This document shows, in pieces, positions 54,201-54,953 of a stretch of DNA of 54,953 nucleotides. How positions within the stretch are numbered: the first letter of the stretch is position 1; each line of letters opens with the position of its first letter. Source of the DNA: a virus (taxonomy: Duplodnaviria > Caudoviricetes); the IMG/VR virus record IMGVR_UViG_3300037785_000110, positions 1 through 54,953 of that record. The stretch is one strand, 5' to 3'. A program made the position numbers and the translations under genes. The notes below the pieces were generated by a model, which worked only from the letters and a program-made list of their open reading frames with translations, made no database searches and was not told the DNA's origin.

Positions 54201-54953
54201 GGGCAGGTCCTTTCCACTTTCGTGGGGGCGTTCTCCCCGCTCAGTGGCGAGACCGCGCAGCAGTTCTTCATGCCCACCGCGCTAGACCATGTGAACGAGC
54301 TGGCCCAGAACCGCGACTGGCTCGGGCGCCCGATCCGGCCCGAGAACCCCTATGGCGACTTCGGGCCGCAGGCCTACAAGGAGTACAGCGCCACCGGGCC
54401 GTCGCGTGCCCTGGCGCGCACCCTGAACTGGGCGACGGGTGGCTCGGAGCTCGAAAGCGGCGTCATCGACATCTCGCCGGAGTATTTCGACCACACCGCC
54501 AAGTTCCTGACCGGCGGGGCCGGGCGGTTCGCCATGCAGACCTACGGGCTTGCCGAGATGGCGGCCGAGGGGCGGCTGCAGGACGTGGAGGCGTACCAGA
54601 TCCCGCTTGTCCGGGTAATGCGGACCGAGTCCGCGGACTTCCTTGACACCAACCGATATTTCCGGTTCCGCTCGGTCGTAGAAGAAAGCCGGGCCATGGT
54701 CCGCCGTGCGGAAGAGCGGGGTATCCCCCCACTGGAAAGCCATGTCCGCGCCGCCGGGCTCTACAGCGCCCTGCGCGCTGCAGAGCGTGAGCGCCGCGGT
54801 CTCTCGGACAAGATCGACAACGTCTACGCCGACGACAGCCTGTCCGGACGGGAGCGGGCCGATCAGCTGCGCCCGCTCACCGAGGAGCGCGGCACGGTCT
54901 ACAAGCGGTTCAACCGGGCGTTCATCGAGGCCATGGGGCCGCAGGCGGAGTGA
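42252..54953 (+). CDS. Giant polyvalent virion protein (DarB-like: SF2 helicase, N6-adenine MTase, metallopeptidase, ART-like, LPD38-like)
   Basis: 4233 aa. STGTGKT (~46215), DEAH (46473), SATP, QQEGRIRR (~47610); LEPSAGDG (~48030), NPPF (~48213); EEIQSD (~49700); HEVIH (51120); FKRWFGDSKVV..PLVVYHGT..GFFFT..VAF.PEQVKS (~51560-52100); VNFNRRG/PFANAAIQG/PLPYG (~53820-54130). Confidence 0.9.
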   Translation: MAKPWERFQGTKKPWEQFQSDARSAQPAPLAPPPEAGRLPGLGAPDPEPAPAAPEAPRRSSAILPGDGRAIADAARPETRGERQYRELTNPPRPVPVEPQAPEERRPGVGSSTRRDSLQASRDRAAEADAGRIPQPMSDLGKRVWEMVVEGAASNLEGGVSREGNPAPSFPEFRSGAEDRLAQRRDQFSFATRLLMSGTGPDGNPLTDAERADLQSAQAWAREEIARIETEVGALTPNPPATWADSRSFEAGNDLRAWGEKLVGAPDPQFDDRFASSLASGAGSMAYFIGVGILTGGVGTAYSGATMNQSQVYRDALAFGADEDTARQAARWGAVIGSSEVIPIMRALEPLERYAPGIKNRVAAAIIKKIGGNATEEAIQEGTSQVLNNLVAKGYYDPERGITEGVAESALIGAILGGGVGAIGAARPGGLTEDAAPGADPDPQRLNSPRLTESDRASPIPNDVIDDGKATIEAVLNGAPLPPVATPAQPAPPVGTDQVAQPPAPVPPSAPEAPAGLGAPAAPDAPPVAPAASVEGRRLGEPMPVIDGDEVVPGQYVAQDLDTGEFVDVSDQVQQSQQPPTPQPDGKTQPEETDAAPAPPPAAPRPVPDAGDQTPVGLGPVDRPQAGADAAASSVEVPAAAEPRRVPDQAQAPARPAQSRPVRQPPDRAAFPDTAEGNARFAEADARWAYGSLTRPVITTLRDNGIRIDPNGKAAIDLEAMGVTPRTAPGLFKRGGLKDLDNIVASEFEALREIVKTDDGTGYFDLEDLKSAISEEVSKSPRLPDAVRQAVNLREEADRRRSVRGLVDQWSDENEISALTEAEKEDMVEILLAEPDYEIEDAAERVFIRSERDSEADVRASDQGRAGGRQAVEDEIPFGEVEPRGPEGSRPAPDTGRADQPGQGEAQSERTDAGEQLLTPGVAPITEADRQQAEVTRRSDAPMRGRNEGPASGRDDLFGNPEDRRDLFDAPQAETETARQVDDLGNPVPNVSTRQVGTTPQEARDQARARREAQSGPKASPAARRALDTLSKEERARLDDINKRLADKLRNQTNSGLDPELVSLAVESATLYVKAGVRRFREYITALADATGLPIQTLGRYARIAYNDVRDEMEANGEAVADMDDSRAVIQELARLNREERDNAPGTGGDLEQDRGDAGPQDGLGAADVPAAAGRDVEGAGPGGGADRQGGGRRRTGGGGVSAGDAAGLGSGRDRGTGADRRAEPGASADQDRAGSRDRRQQRLPDDEGTAADTARAASDAPGQGDRARQQAEADRLTVKPGDEANVRATLPLLLPEQQDDVLKVERRFAKPDGFGMLLTNSTGTGKTYSAGGVIKRFAQQGKTNVLILAPSQGILDAWVGMGKDLGLDITKLADTGTAGDGIVATTYANAAANDALAKREWDLIVPDEAHNLSSNQAGEQTGALKALRAVSNHPDGRYTKAKMLLADEWAKAEAMPPGKPQDAVKQALWTKTRDLADSLKARGRSRVLFLSATPFAYDKNTDYAEGYLFQYGEDGVTDSGSRQSGRNLFMVQNFGYRIRYHKLTQPEAAVDRGVFEREFHERLKREGSLSGRSLSVEADYDRRFSAVDSTIGNDIDRALEYLRNKQSEKGAGEGWRQVNKLVTRHFGYLERMQLLEAIKAEKAIPDIRKHLDMGRKVVVFHDFNVGGGRSPFSLPIGDGELGYGEFTTFLAENPYVTKLDFSGLAAPKEQIKAAFGTRAREYNGTVPNRERAAAKEAFNRDGSGVDVLIVQSAAGEAGISLHDTSGKHQRALINLGMPTRPVTTLQQEGRIRRVGSVSDAIFRYYTIGTTWEREAFARKIAEKSGTVENLALGNEARAIRESFIEAYTEADRHPPGMEGEGKGGKDRDRSVALTSPYEQAKTHYFARQKNTRNRQSRQGIDFYATPEPLGFKMVGWAGAREYEKVLEPSAGDGAIARYFPENTDRTIIEPSADLASQAQLRTAGARSVTGTFEGYHINNKHDVIVMNPPFGNGGKTAYEHVAKAMKHLRPGGRIVALVPRGPAADKNMAKLLDPEMVKVDEWHLTASVELPPVAFEKAGTSVRTYVMVLDRTMEPVDAPTRRINMTGAESIAEFFERLEGIDVPARPAALVEPGAIAEMSNAADEAALTIQIPEVAAAADGFDTFDFAHSQTGERKYGANAKERVTREQYDAMKEVARQHGGYWSRYQNAAQGAKRGFLFPSADDRDAFVDAMTRPTAVKEQRRLTMQDDDNATEGVFYSPLLRAVQGAKQTKAPAGDWKAILSKMPGVKQVEIEWIGVYDWLDSQEGAQVPRAALEQFIRDGQIDLVEEVLGDRMSYLSDAFDSAREDEMFEGWTDAEIEEQILADAEAEGSYEPPRFEEYTERGGENYREVLIRVPNLHETGKNLPDPTYDRAAQERDRKRMEEIYAENGVSTSDMQAVLRLNRENDELRQINDRLVQRDMNDRGKSPFVQSAHFVQENIVVHARLKDRSGPNGERILFVEEIQSDLASKWRENTESPEVTARRRELEAEASTLQRENERTLARVQRRAERTGKWDADWSIVAAAQAIEEAIGIVRGDESPRRASDPIRRSGIVNEMTGPEWADLREEVQAQFDRDKELRDARLALGTERSMDPSTPDTPFKEEHTYALMVKRLLRMAAEQGYDRLAWTPGYMQAERWNNAAQSVVEEVEWYSPDQVALAQYRYVDLTMSDGGRTISTSVTPQGVIEGAAGNDMLEGKALSALIGPSLARQIMSEPSGSITGQKITFPDSGYAIAYDQQIKRSVDRIAKGTGARVEQARDMPDFSRTVDEDMLAPVVANLTPEQALQVAVDGVEESAQTVSLWKAKIAKDGPRALLSIRPRRLAERLERMGIAIPGNPVWSITITPELREKALAPQPILQKPAFGAQNATIMDEATVRELLPGFRERLERVGLGRVRLGIDLTGQRQGAMLVNRMGAIDILIGASLNPKATLYHEVIHALRVGNLFSDAEWSRLSKRAEETWIAKHQIEERYPDLTREEQIEEAIAEEFGVWAAGRDDNPGGIRLTFDKIKRFLKAIAEALTSRGFFTADDVFGKVLSGEVGRRHAGNTGSRRRMFPIGLEGMPDEAVAAQRDQTLDSPQSPQFKRWFGDSKVVGSDGAPLVVYHGTNADFEAFDPKKVGSTFNDDKKGFFFTNSTGEDMASGYATMEGARDGGNIIAAYVALQNPYTTRDYLFGIGYSDAELDAMTPVEMSREALDGRGVVGWWDYMKRSLMPDIERGGFDGVLLEDFDMNVRGEPEKLVVAFRPEQVKSIFNQGTFNPDTAIMREQRPARAVRRLSAAGRQKVAQSTNTSHIPDRRVFDELARRNVSVLDRIGGARGAIMDRIDRTRIVLQDRMLPLLRAEEGITATTGDKIDRADSAYFAEERYSGRVGARLDAIDEQFTKPIIGLIADASNSKAGAITLTDKDGRTRTGADAAGIWLAARHAKERNARIAAINPNMPDGGAGMTNAEADAILSEAASSPHADRLRKIGVLTDRLGRQMIDLREQAGLLTGDEADTWRRMYQHYVPLRGFSETEMYDLVVNEYSGIGRRYTVRGPETQRALGRTSEAFNPLATILTMAQEVSIRAEKNLVGQAVVRLAQRYPNPAMWEVSKPETQRFYNRKSGYVESRVVGPTARPMGPNEMAVKIDGVEHRLTLKDPRLASALGQLGSEQMGVFMRVMSGFSRYFSAINTMLSPPFIIVNAFRDMVTAQVNMGEQVPKGMQARVRKAALGNWGRAFLGAYKGMGGKANTQWAQHFKEFEASGAKVSFWKIETPELMGADLERRIGLASGTKLGSKLRRLVRPSTRDNPALAWIERVNLSVDNAVRLASFVEARAAGMSIEDAASLSKNLTVNFNRRGEIGAQMNALFPFANAAIQGSQVLIKAMGSRQVKATVVGMVLFGIANDLLNAMLSARDDDDELEYDQIPNYILARNLVLATPWDETFATVPLPYGYNAFFYLGNRIGKVMRGVVPADRAVGQVLSTFVGAFSPLSGETAQQFFMPTALDHVNELAQNRDWLGRPIRPENPYGDFGPQAYKEYSATGPSRALARTLNWATGGSELESGVIDISPEYFDHTAKFLTGGAGRFAMQTYGLAEMAAEGRLQDVEAYQIPLVRVMRTESADFLDTNRYFRFRSVVEESRAMVRRAEERGIPPLESHVRAAGLYSALRAAERERRGLSDKIDNVYADDSLSGRERADQLRPLTEERGTVYKRFNRAFIEAMGPQAE
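44032..44157 (+). CDS. Candidate nested small ORF (+1 frame in the giant gene), 41 aa
   Basis: GAGGAG at 44022-44027, nearly all codons G/C-ending, Arg/Pro-rich. Confidence 0.3.
   Translation: MPHPPRRPPHPARFPMLVTRRPWGLVRWIGRRQARMLRRRA
44821..45006 (+). CDS. Nested small basic helical protein (+1 frame in the giant gene), 61 aa
   Basis: MYEHLTKEGQAAAKRLRTRSRLGKLSPEDQKEADRLLTLAEQINRAKAK... The GC3 bias moves to this frame. RBS is weak. Confidence 0.55.
   Translation: MYEHLTKEGQAAAKRLRTRSRLGKLSPEDQKEADRLLTLAEQINRAKAKRKAKGPTQASSS
45679..46083 (+). CDS. Nested 134-aa protein (+1 frame in the giant gene)
   Basis: GAGGAG 7 nt upstream, about 10 of 134 codons A/T-ending by hand count, globular composition. 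The host frame here is a G/R/A/D linker. Confidence 0.75.
   Translation: MHQAPAAIWNRIAETQDLKTDWAQQMFPLPPDEMSKALDREEARIAKAVGGDALVAAAYLRVMPLVWEADAIEGLARIDGPNPALPLIRTAQEAVIVASNDYPMTKAQQQTLHGLLRTHPDKETGRGSKQKQTA

Larger units (their letters stand above)
1..54953. mobile_element. Temperate podovirus-like phage/prophage, near-complete genome
   Basis: Integrase, CI/Cro switch, replication, packaging, capsid, short-tail, lysis and ejection modules in lambdoid order. No tape-measure or tail-tube gene recognised. Confidence 0.95.

Noticed and set aside
1-54953. attL/attR, terminal repeats, tRNA or rRNA genes
   Set aside because: The window starts and ends exactly at stop codons, so flanks are absent. 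No cloverleaf or rRNA-like sequence was recognised by eye.
42252-54953. N4-like virion RNA polymerase as the identity of the giant ORF
   Set aside because: Despite the N4-type capsid, no RNA polymerase motifs were recognised. Helicase, MTase, peptidase and ART-like motifs account for the recognisable domains.

Overview
The window is an essentially complete, GC-rich temperate phage or prophage of about 55 kb. It runs from the integrase stop codon (nt 1) to the stop codon of a 4233-aa giant gene (nt 54953), and no att sites are visible. The host is probably an alphaproteobacterium, possibly Rhodobacterales (GapR homologue, CCUCCUCCC hairpin, codon style). The left arm (minus strand) carries integrase, excisionase, a stand-alone WYL protein, a RecT-like recombinase, DUF5131 and many small ORFs. 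A lambda-like switch follows: an S24 CI repressor and Cro, with four GGGC-WAAA-GCCC operators overlapping PL and PR. The right early operon encodes GapR, VRR-NUC, a DNA methyltransferase, a SNF2 helicase, an HNH nuclease, a replication initiator with iterons and a NusG-like antiterminator. The late operon is podovirus-type: TerS, a split TerL, portal, scaffold, N4-gp56-type capsid, adaptor, nozzle, fibres, a lysis cassette with spanins, ejection proteins, and a giant polyvalent protein (SF2 helicase, N6-MTase, HExxH peptidase, ADP-ribosyltransferase-like and LPD38-like domains). Most notable observations: (1) small genes nested in the +1 frame inside the linkers of the giant protein; (2) a terminase large subunit split in two by an inserted gene; (3) two gene-deletion scars; (4) a structured late leader ending in a terminator, downstream of the NusG paralogue. 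All family assignments come from motif recognition by eye; no database searches were run.
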